From contig OZ296654.1 in NCBI GenBank assembly GCA_965655095.1, forward strand, positions 57,288,001-57,352,000: DNA of 64,000 nt. Reading direction: 5' to 3'. The notes beneath the pieces were generated by a model. It was given only the letters and a program-made list of their open reading frames with translations, made no database searches and had not been told where the DNA came from. This DNA is from Haplodiscus bocki. Its lineage: Eukaryota. The translations under genes were made by a program, and so were the position numbers. Shown piece after piece: positions 37,691 to 50,294 of this stretch. Numbering within the stretch: the first letter of the stretch is position 1; each line of letters starts with the position of its first letter.

Positions 37691-39682
37691 TAGTTAAAAC
37701 TCTTGTTGGTAATAATCACAAAACCAATAAAAATTATAAAAAAGAATATATTGGAGAGGATAACATCCTAAAAACTGTTAACGAATAGAAACAGTAGTTA
37801 GTAAGGACAGACATGATGATGATTCTGGTGCAGATAAAAAACGGAATGTCCGGATAAACTTGAAAGTGCAGAAGAAGCCTGAAAAATGACATAACCGAAA
37901 CTGATGCTAAAGTTTTGACAACGAATTTCCTTCATAAATGGATTTTTTTGAAATAGAACATTAGTGTATTCTTAGGATTAATTCAATAGCTTTGATTATT
38001 ACCAAAAACCAAATAGCAATGTTAAAAAAGAATGATTTTCCAGTAAGAGAAATAACGAACTTCCTACTGATGAGCAATTAGAACGAACGAAAAAAGAATT
38101 GGTTCGATTGTTATTAAAAACGGAGAACAATTACCAAAAGTACACTTCAAAAATGATGTTAATTTGCTTGCGTGTGCTTTCGAAAAATTTTAAAGAATTT
38201 CAATGGACGAATTAGGACCCAATCCTCTGTATAGCGTATCTCTACCTCGTTTTACATGGCAATACGGGTTGAAAATCACTTCTACAAAACTACAAATTCT
38301 CCGAGAAAAAAAATCTGATTCTATCAGTTGAGAATATCATCCGAGGAGGGATATCATCAGTAATAGGTGATAGAAAAGTATATTTGGATTAAACAAGAAG
38401 ATATTACGTATTGATGTATTCATTCTATATGGCTATGCACTGAAACTATTCCTGCCTTTTGATGAATTTAAAAAAGAAAAACTGTTAAACTGCAAGACAT
38501 TATAGGTTCTCCAGATGACTCGAATGTTTGATGTTTTGATGGATGCGATTTTTTTAACCACAAGAAATAAATATTTAAACAAAACAATTACCCTTTTGCC
38601 CAAAGGATATTATAAGTCGGCAAGACAAGTTTAGTTTTTCAATTAAAAAAAAGAGACCAAATAATAACACACGAAAAAAGTTTTGTTGTTATATCGCGCT
38701 TGGACTGATAAAAACCATTATCTAGTTACCTATAGGATGTCAAATTTTTATATGAAACAAAGAATGATGACTCAAAAAATTCATGAAGTAAATTCTTTTA
38801 GTCAGAGTGAATGATAACAGAATTTCAGCAGCCTTAACACACAAAAAGAAAATCAAGCATCAAACGAATTTGAAAGGTTTTCTATAAGTTACCCAAACAT
38901 GCTTTTTATGGTCAAACGATGGAAAATGTTGGAAATCGAAATACCAATGTTGGAAATCGAAAATGGCAGAAATCGTTGAAAAGCTTAAAAAAAGAACTGA
39001 TAGGGTAAATAATATCAAAAAACAGTCAAAACTAACTTTCAATGGAATTCATAATTTTTATACAATTTTTGATATTTCTACACCTAAAAAAAAAAGAAGT
39101 TCTTTTGGATAAACCGATATGTTTGGGATTTATTATACTAGAATTGAATACATTACTGATGTATGGAACATATTGTGATCAGTTGCAACCTAATTTTGCA
39201 GAAAATAAGGTAGATTTTTATTCTATTGATACCCAAAGTTTCATATGAAGTGTGAATAGAATTGATAAATTCAAGGATTCAAGCAAATTCAGAGATATCT
39301 TTGAATTTAGTATTTTGAAAAAAAATCACCCTGTATTCAATAATGAGAACCACAAAAGGTGGGTATATTCAAAATTAAAACTCCTAAGATTGTTTGGATC
39401 CACGAGATTATTTGTTTTAAATGTAAGACTTTTTCTATTAAATGTGGAATTGGTAAAAAAAATAGATTAAAAGGTGTTTCTAAATCTCAGTAAAAAAATA
39501 ATACTTTTGAAGAAGATTGTGATTGTTTATTTGGAGGTGAATATCAGAACGAAGGTGATAATTAAATTGTAAAATCTATTACTCAAGAAATGTATCTTCA
39601 AAAAACACGCAAAACTGCACTATCTGCTTTTGATCATAAACGATGTTAATTAAATGAAATTGAAAGCACACTTTGGAATTGA
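37691..39682 (+). pseudogene. Polinton pPolB, degraded
   Basis: 'ENIIRGGISSVIGDR' near 38330; 'DKPICLGFIILELNTLLMY..YSIDTQSFI' (ORF 39042..39248); 'SAFDHKRC..IESTLWN*' ends at 39682. Confidence 0.85.
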
Positions 39683-40429
39683 TATTTTAAATAAAGTCTC
39701 GTAAATATATTTCACTCTGCACTCTTTTTGTGTACGGCCAACTCCGATGACATGTGTCCCCCCTCAGCTGTTTAGCATTTATAAGCATATGAGGTTAACT
39801 AGGATTTTTTTATTAAGGGAGAGGAAAAAAAAGATGAATTTTCAACAAAAGTAGAAGAAAGCGAAAAACAACCGTGTGTCCTCAAAAGATATGAATTCAA
39901 GTCAGCCTCACCGATAGTACACAATTAGTTGAATTGTCAGAAGCTTGTGTGATGAAGGAAATTGATTTCAATATTAGTAACGTGCCTTTACGCTATAACC
40001 GGTAAATTAAACATTTTTACTTGTGCGTCTGTATCATATTAGCCGTACTGAACATAGTTAATCGAGATGTAGGAGATAGTGCGTCGCCGCGTTGTCAAAT
40101 GCTATTCTTGTAACTACTGTGCCTTAGCGGCTGCCCTACTCTCTACTAATTATTACCTTTATGATTTACAATTAATGGTTTATTGATTTTTTCACTAGCG
40201 ACCTTTAATGACTTGATAATGTATTGTCACCAGTGAAACTGTTGGAAGCAGTTCAAATTCTCTTTGACATGGGATGTAGTGCATTGCCGCGTCTGTCGAC
40301 TGTTTTAACTACTAAGCATTACATTACTGTGAGATCAAACATGGCTGAATCGATGGAAGCGGTACAAAGCAGCTGTACAAACTTCTGATTAAAAACGGAT
40401 AGCAATTATTAAAAAAAGTCACTTCAGGA

Positions 40430-41330
40430 AGAGTTTTTAATTATGCTGATCTTATCAGACAAGTGGACGTTAATCTATGATAAAATTTACAAAAAAAATC
40501 ATTTTTCTGCATTTCAAACCAGAAATTGAGTATATTTTGTGTATCTCACGAGAAAACGGTTTTTACTTTAATATACATCAGAAATTGGGGCAGTTTTTGT
40601 GCTTCAAGTCCGAAATAGTAGACATAGAAATCATATCAGAAATAGGATGTCTCCATGTCAGAAGTAGGACATTTTGTTTTGGACACACCATTATTCAAAT
40701 CATATACAACGTATAATATTACGTGGATATAGAATTGCGATAAAAAAATATGCTCGTGTTTTTCACGTTGTGAGCAGGACCGGAAAAACAATGTTACTGT
40801 TGAATTGAATACATATCGTCAAATTGAACAGTACACGAAGTATACAAAAAGTAGTTTGTCTCTTTTTATTTCCTCTGCTATAGCAGATTGGCAATGCAGA
40901 ATGACGCAGATAACGTTCAGGCATGCCGTAGTGATTGGGGTTGACTCCTTGTTAGGTAACCCCAGTCTTTGTCAAGCAAGCGCTTTGAAGCTATGGGAGG
41001 AACTGTCTTTAACACGAAGCTTGAAAAAGTTGACATGATCGATGAGAAACTTCACTAGCATTGCTCACTTGAAGATACCTGAAAAAGTAGATATGAAGGT
41101 TGGCCGGTGAAGTCTTTGTTTGATGTACGCAAGTGTATGGCAAAACGTGCATACCAATGGGGCGCATGTAAACCTAGTTGACAGTACTATCAGGTCGCTA
41201 TACCACTGGTTTATGCAGGAATGATTACGAAAATTTTGGAAATTGAAAATTAACAAAAGAAAATTTCGAAAATTTAAAAAAAGAACTGAAAAGTTAAAAA
41301 TGAAAAACTGAAAATAACAAATTTTAATTT
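40430..41330 (+). repeat. Left TIR (with about 350-bp insertion at 40840-41190)
   Basis: 'cagacaagtggacgttaa' near 40456 and 'tgaattgaatacata..tgaacagtacacga' near 40801-40838 are reverse complements of about 53822-53839 and 53464-53500. Confidence 0.8.
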
Positions 41331-43269
41331 ACTCTTTTATCGGGAGGTCACGTAGTGATGGTTAAAAACTCAAACAATAGTGGTATTGTGGCTGTTTGCG
41401 ATTTGTTTGAGGTTTTTAAAAAAAACTTATACGCGAACTAAAAAAAATCCAACGGTTCTTAGATCTTCACCTAACAACCTAAAAATAGAAGAAGGAATCA
41501 GGAGGAAAGCCATTGAAAAACCTCCAGAAAAACAGATTTATCTTAGTTTTAGTTAATATAAACCACGGAATAGTTTAATTAGACAATAATTTCAAAAAAC
41601 TCAACATCAACGTTCTTATTATTTAAGCCATAGCTCTTTAATAAGCGATCTAAATCCATGCAGTTTCATTATGGATTCGTCTACAAAAACTTTTTCATCA
41701 ATAACAACTGAACACAGGCCATTTCTTTGGAAAATACCTCATAACTTTTTTTATTCTTTGCACTCGAAAATAATTTTTCTATAAACCATTTTCGAAACGA
41801 GTCAATCTGACGATTTTTTTTTCGAAAATATAACAAGCCCCGATTTTAAGATCGTTACAAAGGCAAAACGCGTCTTTAGGACTCTTCATTTGAAAATATA
41901 TTAAAAAAGACGGAAGGTGAATAAAGAAACGAATTTAATTGGAAGAATTGTCGACAACGTTGACATTAAAAAAAATAGGTACTTGAAAGAAAAATATGTT
42001 TCTTGTTAACATTTTCTCTTTGATTTTAAAATTTTCTTTTCTTAATTTAGTAGTTTTTTTCTAGAAGACATGTCGGAAACAAAAACTTTCGATGCTATTT
42101 AAAAACTACGACAATATCAACTAGATTTGATGTGAGAATTTATGAAAAATAATTCCATTAACACGAAATTTGCCCAAGAACAAAAGCAAAATCATTGGTT
42201 TCTAGTGATTCTACAAAAAAAACGATGTAGAAATGATGCCAAAATGCAAAGTCGTTATATACCATATGACCCCAAAGAACCCAAATGACCTCAAATAGAC
42301 ACAAAGGAACTGAAAAGACCTCTTCTACATTAATTGAACCTGTAAAAACTATTTTGGATTCGGACTCTGCGAGTAAGAAAATTAATTTTAAATGTGGTTC
42401 TCTGATTGATGTTGATCATGGATACTTAGATGACATTTTGAAAACTAATAATTCAGGCTCAAAGAGGATGCAAAACGACCCTCAAGTTTTTCACACCTGA
42501 ATCATTGGAACCAGCATTGCAAATTACTTTTTTTGATGAAAACGGTAAGAAGTAAAACAGTACAACAATTGAATAATTCCAACTCACAGTCTTTCGCAAC
42601 ACAAGTTAAACAAAGAGAAAAACTAGTTCCTTTGATGCCTGCCATTGAGAAAGTTTTTGATTGAATGGGTGATAATATTGTGAAACCATCCACAGAAAAC
42701 GAATTTTCGAAAAATAAAATAGGTTCTTGCGATGAAAAACCGATAGAAAAATCGAAGTAGGGCTTGTGGAACAATTAGATGACGGAAAAAGAGCAAACAT
42801 AATCGAGTCAAGATTTGAAACACGACTGAGAAAACAAGGATTAGGGGTGCAAAACATCGTGATCGCTTTCTGTGCTATCTGAATTTCAAACAAATTTTAA
42901 GATAGATCATGTAGAAATGAGTTTTGTACTAATGTTTCTGCAGAAGAAAAAAATGCCAATTATAAATCTTATCAATTTTTTTTCAGAAAAAAAAGATATT
43001 CAGAAGAAAACTGAAAAGAAAACAACAAACTTTGAGCCTTCTAACGATGAAAATAACAAGAAAAAAGCATACCTAGTTACAAAAATAACCGGCATAATTG
43101 GACATATATCGTGTGTGGGAAAAGATTACAATGAAACTAAATTTCATAGCAAAAAACAGTCTTGGGAGGAGGTTTGAAATCAAAAGGCTGAGAAATCGAC
43201 TAACCAAACAATTAATGAAATACGAGTCATGACATACGAAGAAGATCTTCCTAAAGTCTCTCTTTTCAG

Positions 43270-43670
43270 AGCCACTAAACGACTTCATTCAATGAATTTA
43301 ATCATAATTACAGTTTAAAAAAAGAAACAACACCAAATGTAAAGATCCATTAAATACTTTTATCTCTCTTTGAAGGAGGTAGGAACCTATTTAGAAGATG
43401 GGCCATTTTCAAATGAGGTAGAATTAGTAAATTTACACCCAGCAAAAAGATCCTTTTGGGCTGCAATCATGGGCGAAAAACATTTTGGTGCATACGGCGT
43501 GTCGCCTCCAGAGAAACTATTTGAGTGTATCAAAAAAATGACTTTTTTTCTGAATACAAACTCCTACGTCTAGAATGCAGAAAAAATTCTTATTGAGCCG
43601 ACAATTGCCTACAAAAAATCTACTTGACAAATGTATTAGGAATAGATTTTGATCTGGAGTTTTAGTATTA
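43270..43670 (+). pseudogene. Adenain-like protease
   Basis: ORF 43370..43573 'LVNLHPAKRSFWAAI..HFGAYGVSPP'. Confidence 0.7.
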
Positions 43671-43959
43671 TTCTAGCATGTAATAAATTAAATCAAGGGT
43701 GTACCATTTTCAATCCAATAAATGATGATGGGAAAAGCAGCAATTGATATACGAGATTAAAATGTCCCTTACACGATCACTTCTCGAAGTGAACACGTTC
43801 CAAGTCTTTCAAAAAATTGAAGATACTAAGGTAAACACAAAAAATACGGTTGCGCCTTATAATAATCTTTCACAAAGAAAAACTTATAAAAAAGTAACAC
43901 GAGAAGGATTAACATTTATTGAACGAATATTGTTTTGGAGATGCAATTCAACCAATGGT

Positions 43960-44460
43960 TGAATAACGAAACGTTATCTTAATTAAAAATCAAACGGGTA
44001 CATTGATAGGAAAAACAAAATCAAAACCACATGAAAGATAGGAATTTATATTGAATAAGCAAATGAATACTTTCACTTTTTTTCATCCTAATAACCTTAC
44101 AGGAGAGGGAAGTTAGTTGTTAGCAGTAACAACTTTGAGGCAACCAATTCCGGTTTCAAACTATTCGTTGAAAAGGATCAATTTTCCAATGAAAACTCCG
44201 GATCATTGGTCTCACAAATATGGAGAACAAACTATTGTCAAACTGCATATTTTTTTCGAGCTGGGATGTCAAATGATATTGAATTACATTTGAAAAAAGT
44301 CGAAAAGAGAAGTTTGATAGTAACAAAAGGAGTTTTCTTGGTAGATTCTGATACTCAAAAAAAAAGAAATAATTAAAAAATCAAAATTTATACAGTAAAA
44401 CGATCTTGATTTTATGCTTTATAGAATGGAGGTAACATATGACGATATTGTAGATAACAT
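43960..44460 (+). pseudogene. Penton paralog 1, 5' half
   Basis: Homologous to 28960-29470 ('LLAVTT..ATNS', 'YRMEVTYDDIVD'). Confidence 0.6.
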
Positions 44461-44589
44461 TTTTTTGGAAGGCATTGATCACAAACCGGTGATTTTATTG
44501 TAAAAACAGTAACCTTTACTTAAGAAGTATATTATTTGTAGATGCACAGCGCCCTGGACTATTTTTAGTGACCCTAATTCAACCTAGAT

Positions 44590-45695
44590 ATGCTTAAGCC
44601 TAGATATGAAACTGAAGATCTATTACTTTCAGAAACTAAAAATTGCGAAACACTTAATGAGCCCACTCTTACAAAACCACAAGAAACATTAAACTTCAGG
44701 CTTACTCAACCAAGAAAAATAATTTCATTAGCATCTCCCATCCCAATGGATGGATCCTGGATGATTGGATTAACAAGTCTGAAAGTTTATCATTCTTTTT
44801 TGAAATAAAAAAGAAAATAAATTTGGACTCTATAAAAATTTTTTTGGTGAGTTTTCATTTACAGATTTAAATAACAAACTCGATGACATTTGAGGTGTTT
44901 CAGAGATCTCACTAAAACATCTACAACATGAAAAAAACGACAATGTATTATTAAAGCGCACGTAAAAATTTAATAGCAAAAAGTCAAATACTGATGGTTA
45001 CATTTCATTAAAAGTGGCTTATGCTTGATCTTCTTCTCCAAATTTACGAAATTATCTTAGAAATGTAGTTGGTTTGGATGAGAAGAATATTCAAACATTT
45101 TTACAACAATATAATTCACATAAAATCACTTGTGATAAAACTCCAGGCATTTACTCAAAAAAAGATTTCCAGAAGTTATTTACAACAAGCGGTATCAAGA
45201 AGGGTCCCGGTATAATCAATATGATGATTTTAGCTTGAAAACATAAGATATGAAACAACAATTCGGTGGAACTTTTGGGTGCCAAAGTTTTTTCAAAAAC
45301 TACTTTTGAAATAGTGATTAGGTTTCGTACTATCTTGGGATTAGAAACCTAAAAGAGCATTTCGCGCGGACTCACCCGGTGTATACACTAATGAAAAAAA
45401 TATAAGACAAAAAAACAAATGAGTAGAGAAGTTGAAAATCTTTTGAAGTGTGATTGCATTAATGGTAGTGTAGTAATTGGTTTAAGTGGTTTAAGACAAC
45501 ATTTTTTATTGTATTTGTTTTAGAAAAACGTCCGGGATACAAAGTTTTTTTGAGAGCCTGAAACAAAACATTCTAAACGAATAAACAAAATTGTTTTGAA
45601 AACAATAATTTTTCAATTAGATGATGATGATCACAAAGAAGTTAAATTCCAGGGAGAAGCACTGACTTTTATTTCACAATGAGTGAAAATTTAAT
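44590..45695 (+). pseudogene. Penton paralog 2
   Basis: ORF 44590..44808, plus 'KCDCINGSVV..EPETKHSKRINK..LDDDDHKEVKFQGEALTF' near 45450-45690. Confidence 0.7.
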
Positions 45696-45869
45696 TTCAC
45701 ATCTCTCAGACCTTCCGAAATTGTAAAGCACCTTTTGGGATTTTTAATACCCAATGATAATTTTGAAAAAGCTATTTGGTTTTTCACAAAAAAAAACGAG
45801 ACTGTAAAAAACACTTTCTTGCTCTTTTCGGAGCCAATAAATGAGCTTTCAAAACCTTGCAAATAATTC

Positions 45870-46252
45870 ATATTGTGTCGGAAGAAGACACCGCCCTGCT
45901 GCCAAAACCATTCATGGCAATATAAACTCAAAAGGTAAAAGGTATTGGACGGACACTGTTCAAATTTTGATAGGAAAATCTGTGGAACCCTTCTGATAAC
46001 ACAATAGAAGCGAAACGTTTTGGTGACTTTTCATATTTCTTGGTAAAAAAAGGGACCCATAGTATCAAAAAAGATACCAAAAATGTTTTCAGAAATCCAG
46101 GAATAGATTTGCAAACTGCTGCAAAGGTTGGTAGTGCAGTTGCATCTAGAAGCCTTAAAGCAACTTTATCAACCCTGCCAGATGTGATAATATTTTATCA
46201 TACTGGAAAAAGACTTTATCATGGAAAATTGGTCAAGTTTTTGTCTAGTTAA
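45870..46252 (+). pseudogene. Small Zn-binding/amphipathic protein
   Basis: 'YCVGRRHRP..IGRTLFK..' then ORF 46040..46252. Confidence 0.55.
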
Positions 46253-46329
46253 GGGGGCCAAAGCAAAACGTTGGGTGTTTTACACCCTATAAATGGCTAC
46301 ACCTTCTTTAAAACTATCCCATTTGGGCC

Positions 46330-46810
46330 GTTTTAAAATGGAAATGATGATTTGGAACAGAGATCAGAAAAGATATTAAACGCTGTTTGAAATTTCATCA
46401 ACTCAATTATTAACATTAAGGAAATGATTAATTATTCCAAGAATAAAAAGCATAAATCATAAAAGAAATAAAGCAGTTTAAAAAACACCAACCTCAATAT
46501 TAAGATCAGTCGACACAGTTGTTGTTTTTGGAGCAATCACAGCATCCGTAACTTGGTCAGTGATGCCAAATGTTGGTTTGTTAGTGGTGCCAATTTCCAC
46601 TGGGGTTTCAGGTGCTATATCATTAGGTAACATATTATTATATAAAGCAATCCTTAATCAACACAGAAAGTACAAGAAAAATACGAAAAAGATCAAAGAA
46701 CTATTAACTTTTCGATAAACTATGTAGAAAAAGTTTACAAGATAACCTAATTGATAAAATTGGATCTGAATCTTTATGCAGAATTTTCACCAAAAATGTG
46801 ATGAGAGAAA
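46330..46810 (+). pseudogene. Hydrophobic-hairpin (probable TM) protein
   Basis: 'RSVDTVVVFGAITASVTWSVMPNVGLLVVPISTGVSGAISLGNILLY'. Confidence 0.55.
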
Positions 46811-47079
46811 AAACTAATCTTTTCAGTGAAAAGCAACAAAAGTTTTTTTAGTAATAACAAATTAAAACGGACCTAGAACCGAGAACCTGAAACGAGACGT
46901 GTTCTCTACAATAAAACGAGAACTGTTCTGTTTGCTAAAACAAGAAATGTTGTTTTTATTAAATGAAGCGAAATCGTACGGTGTGTGACATAAAAAAAGG
47001 CACAAAGAGTGATAGAAATATTAGAATTACTTGTTGGGACTGTTAAAAAAAAGAAAAGAAAAAGTTACTGTTTTCGGAA

Positions 47080-47640
47080 GAAAATAAACAAAAACCGTTC
47101 AGTTATTGTTGTATTATCCGGCCATTTAACCCTGGTATAACTTCTCCTCTAATGAAAAAATTGAAAAAAAAGAGTCATATTTAGTAGAAATGTCTTCAAG
47201 TTATCCAAATCTTCTTTGGTACGGCATGGTGATAGTAGAGCAGAAAAAGTAAAATCTGAAAAGAAACATTTAAGTGAATTTGATAACAGTATCATTGTCT
47301 TCAATGATGTAATCGGAAGCAAAGGCTCTCATAAAATGATCATTAATTCCTGAGGGGAAGTCATTATTTTTTAAATAAACCTTACATCCATCTCATACTT
47401 CACTTTACCAAAAAGATCCAAAAGAAACATTAGTAATATTGTGTGTCTGCTTCAACAGACTTTAAAGGATACGGAAAACATTTATAGACATGTCATTGGA
47501 TTGGTCATGATTTATCTCGAATTCAAAGATTAGTATCATGAGGCATGGTCAGAAGGTTTCAATGAACTTTGCATTGACAGATATAAAAAGAAAGATAAAG
47601 AATTAAATTGTAATCGAAACGATATGGAAAACACATATAC
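47080..47640 (+). pseudogene. Packaging ATPase
   Basis: 'SIIVFNDVIGS' (Walker B), 'FLRGSH', 'SYFTLPKRSKRNISNIVCLLQQTLKD'. Confidence 0.75.
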
Positions 47641-47789
47641 TGAAAACTTTTCGGAAATTGGACCTTTCTAATTGAAGCGATTCTGAAACGAAACGTTTTA
47701 TGGTACACTGAGTGACTGAAGATTAGATTTTGAAACCTAATGATACTGTGAATTAAATCCTGAGTCTTTTGAGGACTCAATAAAATTGT

Positions 47790-48620
47790 ATTCAATAAGA
47801 GAAAGAAGACAAAGAAAATTTGAAATTTTTAGCATCATTACAAAATCAAGGAAAATGCTTGAGATTACAGGAGAAAGTAGGAAATCAAAACAATTAAATA
47901 GGATATGAATAAAGTATTTGATTCGCCTATTGATACAGTTAAAGACACTTTCAGAAATCTTCTACAAAAAATGGATTAAAGTTTCAACCAAAGCAATTAA
48001 ACTAAAAGGAGAAGAAAATAATTGAGCATTTAATGAAATAGAGCACATAAGAAAGTATGCCAGCAACTTTGAATTGCGATTGTTGGAACATATGGAAGAG
48101 GTCACCAATTCTAAAGATAAAAGTCAGTTTCGAGTGCGAGTAAATCCCAATCGGTGAAAGTCAAAATAAATAAAATTGTGCCCACTGCGGTTCACGTAAA
48201 ACCTACGACCTTCACTGAAAGTAGGAAAAATTTCATTCAGAAGATGATATTTTAGGTATGATGGTTCTTTATAGTTTTGATGCAATGTCATTAAAGCAGC
48301 TGAGGGATGATAAACGTCTAATGGATTTCCTGGATGAAATGAGATTTGATGTGGAACACAGGAGTAATAAAAGTAATAGAGGCAAAATTTTGATAATATT
48401 GAAAAAGTCAGCTGCTATCAGAGTTATCAGACCATCTGGGTTTTCATCTACATAAATTCTATTTTCTAATCCTAATGAATTTTGGGATATAATGAAACGA
48501 TCGCACCAGGGAAAAATGAGAAAAAAAATTAGGCTGATTAAAGAAGAAAATAGTGCTGTTGTAAAAAACTGTCAGAATGCAAATGCTTATCAACGAAACA
48601 ACCTTCAACCTTGGTTCAAG
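47790..48620 (+). pseudogene. ATPase-MCP spacer gene (DPNEL-type)
   Basis: 'FSNPNEFWDIMKR..IKEENSAVV' near 48460-48570; ORF 48258..48455. Confidence 0.5.
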
Positions 48621-48659
48621 TGTTTCTTCGGAACAAGCGAACAGTTTTTTTTGAAAGAA

Positions 48660-49430
48660 ATGTTCCAGCTAAATGAATCTTACGAGTTAGATCGGAGAAT
48701 ATTAAAGTGTGTTTATGTGATATATTCACCTTAAGAAATAAGTACATGAAAAACTGCTAATAGTTAAAAACATTTCAACATACCCCGCAAAGATTCTTTT
48801 TCTCTGTCAAAGAGTTATCTTGATTTAAAACTTGATGTTTTGCAAAAAAGATAACAATATTAGATAAATTGATCGAGAAAACTCAAGACTAGTTAATTTG
48901 TGTCCATTTGCTTTTTTCAGTATAAACTAGGGACGTCTGGAGGTAATCACTTCGAAGAAATCAGGCATGCTTATATTGTTTCATTGGTGTGTATACTGAT
49001 AAAAAGGGCCGAAGGTACTCATGAATTGTCTATGGGATTCGATCACCATCGTGCTAGGAGACATATGGCTTGACTGATAATAATTATCCTGTTGCTGGTA
49101 TATTACCAAATTACAACGAAAATGAGTATTCTCGAAGATTTCGTCAAATTGAAGAAGCTTTTAAAGCTCTAAGCAAGGATGATATTCTTCAACCCAGTTT
49201 ATCTGATCATGATTTTAGATCCAATGTTGATGGGAATGACGCTGATTATATTTTACATCATTCTGATATACGCTAGCAAAAAGACATCTTAGTTTTCCAG
49301 CCAATGAAAGAAGACATTGAATTTGGTGGTGTGGTTCCAGCTGGGGTAATTGGTTTTGCTTTAGTGTTGCCAAATAAATTGATTTCTACTAGTAGCGATG
49401 TGCTACAAAATTTTTGATGTATTATGAGTT
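48660..49430 (+). pseudogene. Major capsid protein with internal deletion
   Basis: N-terminal 'MFQLNESYELDRRILKC'; ORF 49070..49276 'YPVAGILPNY..FKALSKDDILQP'; C-terminal 'VVPAGVIGFALVLPNKLISTSSD'. Confidence 0.7.
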
Positions 49431-49505
49431 TAACGTTTCTATAACAACCCTGGGATCCTTTTGGGATTCTTAATCTCTTTATATCATTTTTGTTTTGTTC
49501 CATTG

Positions 49506-50270
49506 TTAGTTTTGTCCTTTTCTGTAGAATTTCGTTAAATCTTTCGGGAAGTTGCTCGATTTCGTGACTCGGTAATGTGTCAATAAAAACTTCTGATTTT
49601 TTGTATAATGTATATGACCAACTAATTTATGTCGTTCTGAAAAAGTTCTCGCGTAGTGTGCTGTTATGACGAGATCATTTTTTCTATATTTTGGTTTCAT
49701 TTTCTTCTTTTTTGTGTAAGGAATAAAGGTAAAAGTATTCGTCGTTCTTTTTGAAAGAAGCTTGGATTGGGGTTTATTTAAATGAGGATTGTGTTTTAAT
49801 AATTACTGCGTTCGAATTTAATTCATCAATCCAATTTGCGTTACAATTTTCAAAAATAGGCTTTTTTAGGATGATCTCAATCAGCACGATTAAATTCAGC
49901 AAACACAGCTCCTGATGAGGTAATTCAAGAAAATCTTTCAATGTTATTGTTATTAAGAAACTTATTGAAGATTTTGTTTACAAATTGTTTTGGACGGTCG
50001 GTTTCAACTAAATTTGTTTTTCTTATGGAGGAATTGAAACTGTTCTCAAAAGAGTTTGTTGCGATTTCAGAAGTTTTTTTTAAAGAAAGGAACTGTCCAA
50101 TCAAATTTTGAGAAGTTATCAATCACAGCCGAAAAAAATCTATACCCTCTAATCTTTTTGGACCTTTTTCGTTTAAACTTAAAATATCTAAACTCTAAAT
50201 CTGTCAATCTGACAATTTTCAGTTTTCTTGGTGATATAAATCTTTTTCGGTGCTTCGGAAAAAATTTCAT
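49506..50270 (-). pseudogene. Polinton retroviral-like (rve) integrase
   Basis: 'GYRFFSAVIDNFSKF', 'LVETDRPKQFVNKIFNKFL', 'GAVFAEFN', and C-terminal 'KPKYRKNDLV' (ORFs 50067..50270, 49925..50122, 49506..49700). Confidence 0.85.
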
Positions 50271-50294
50271 TTACAAAAGTTTTAATTGTTCTCG

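Noticed and set aside
37404-37788. ORFs spanning the N run
   Set aside because: Artefacts of translating the assembly gap.
38925-38962. 21-bp local duplication (aatgttggaaatcgaaa twice)
   Set aside because: Simple slippage duplication inside a dead pPolB.
40077-40320. Short diverged direct repeat 'tagtgc..gccgcgt..taactact' about 200 bp apart
   Set aside because: Only two short degenerate copies; no structure or function can be supported.
37691-40430. pPolB at 37.7-39.7 kb as part of the TIR-bounded element
   Set aside because: It lies outside the left TIR, and that element already has its own pPolB at 50.3-52.3 kb.
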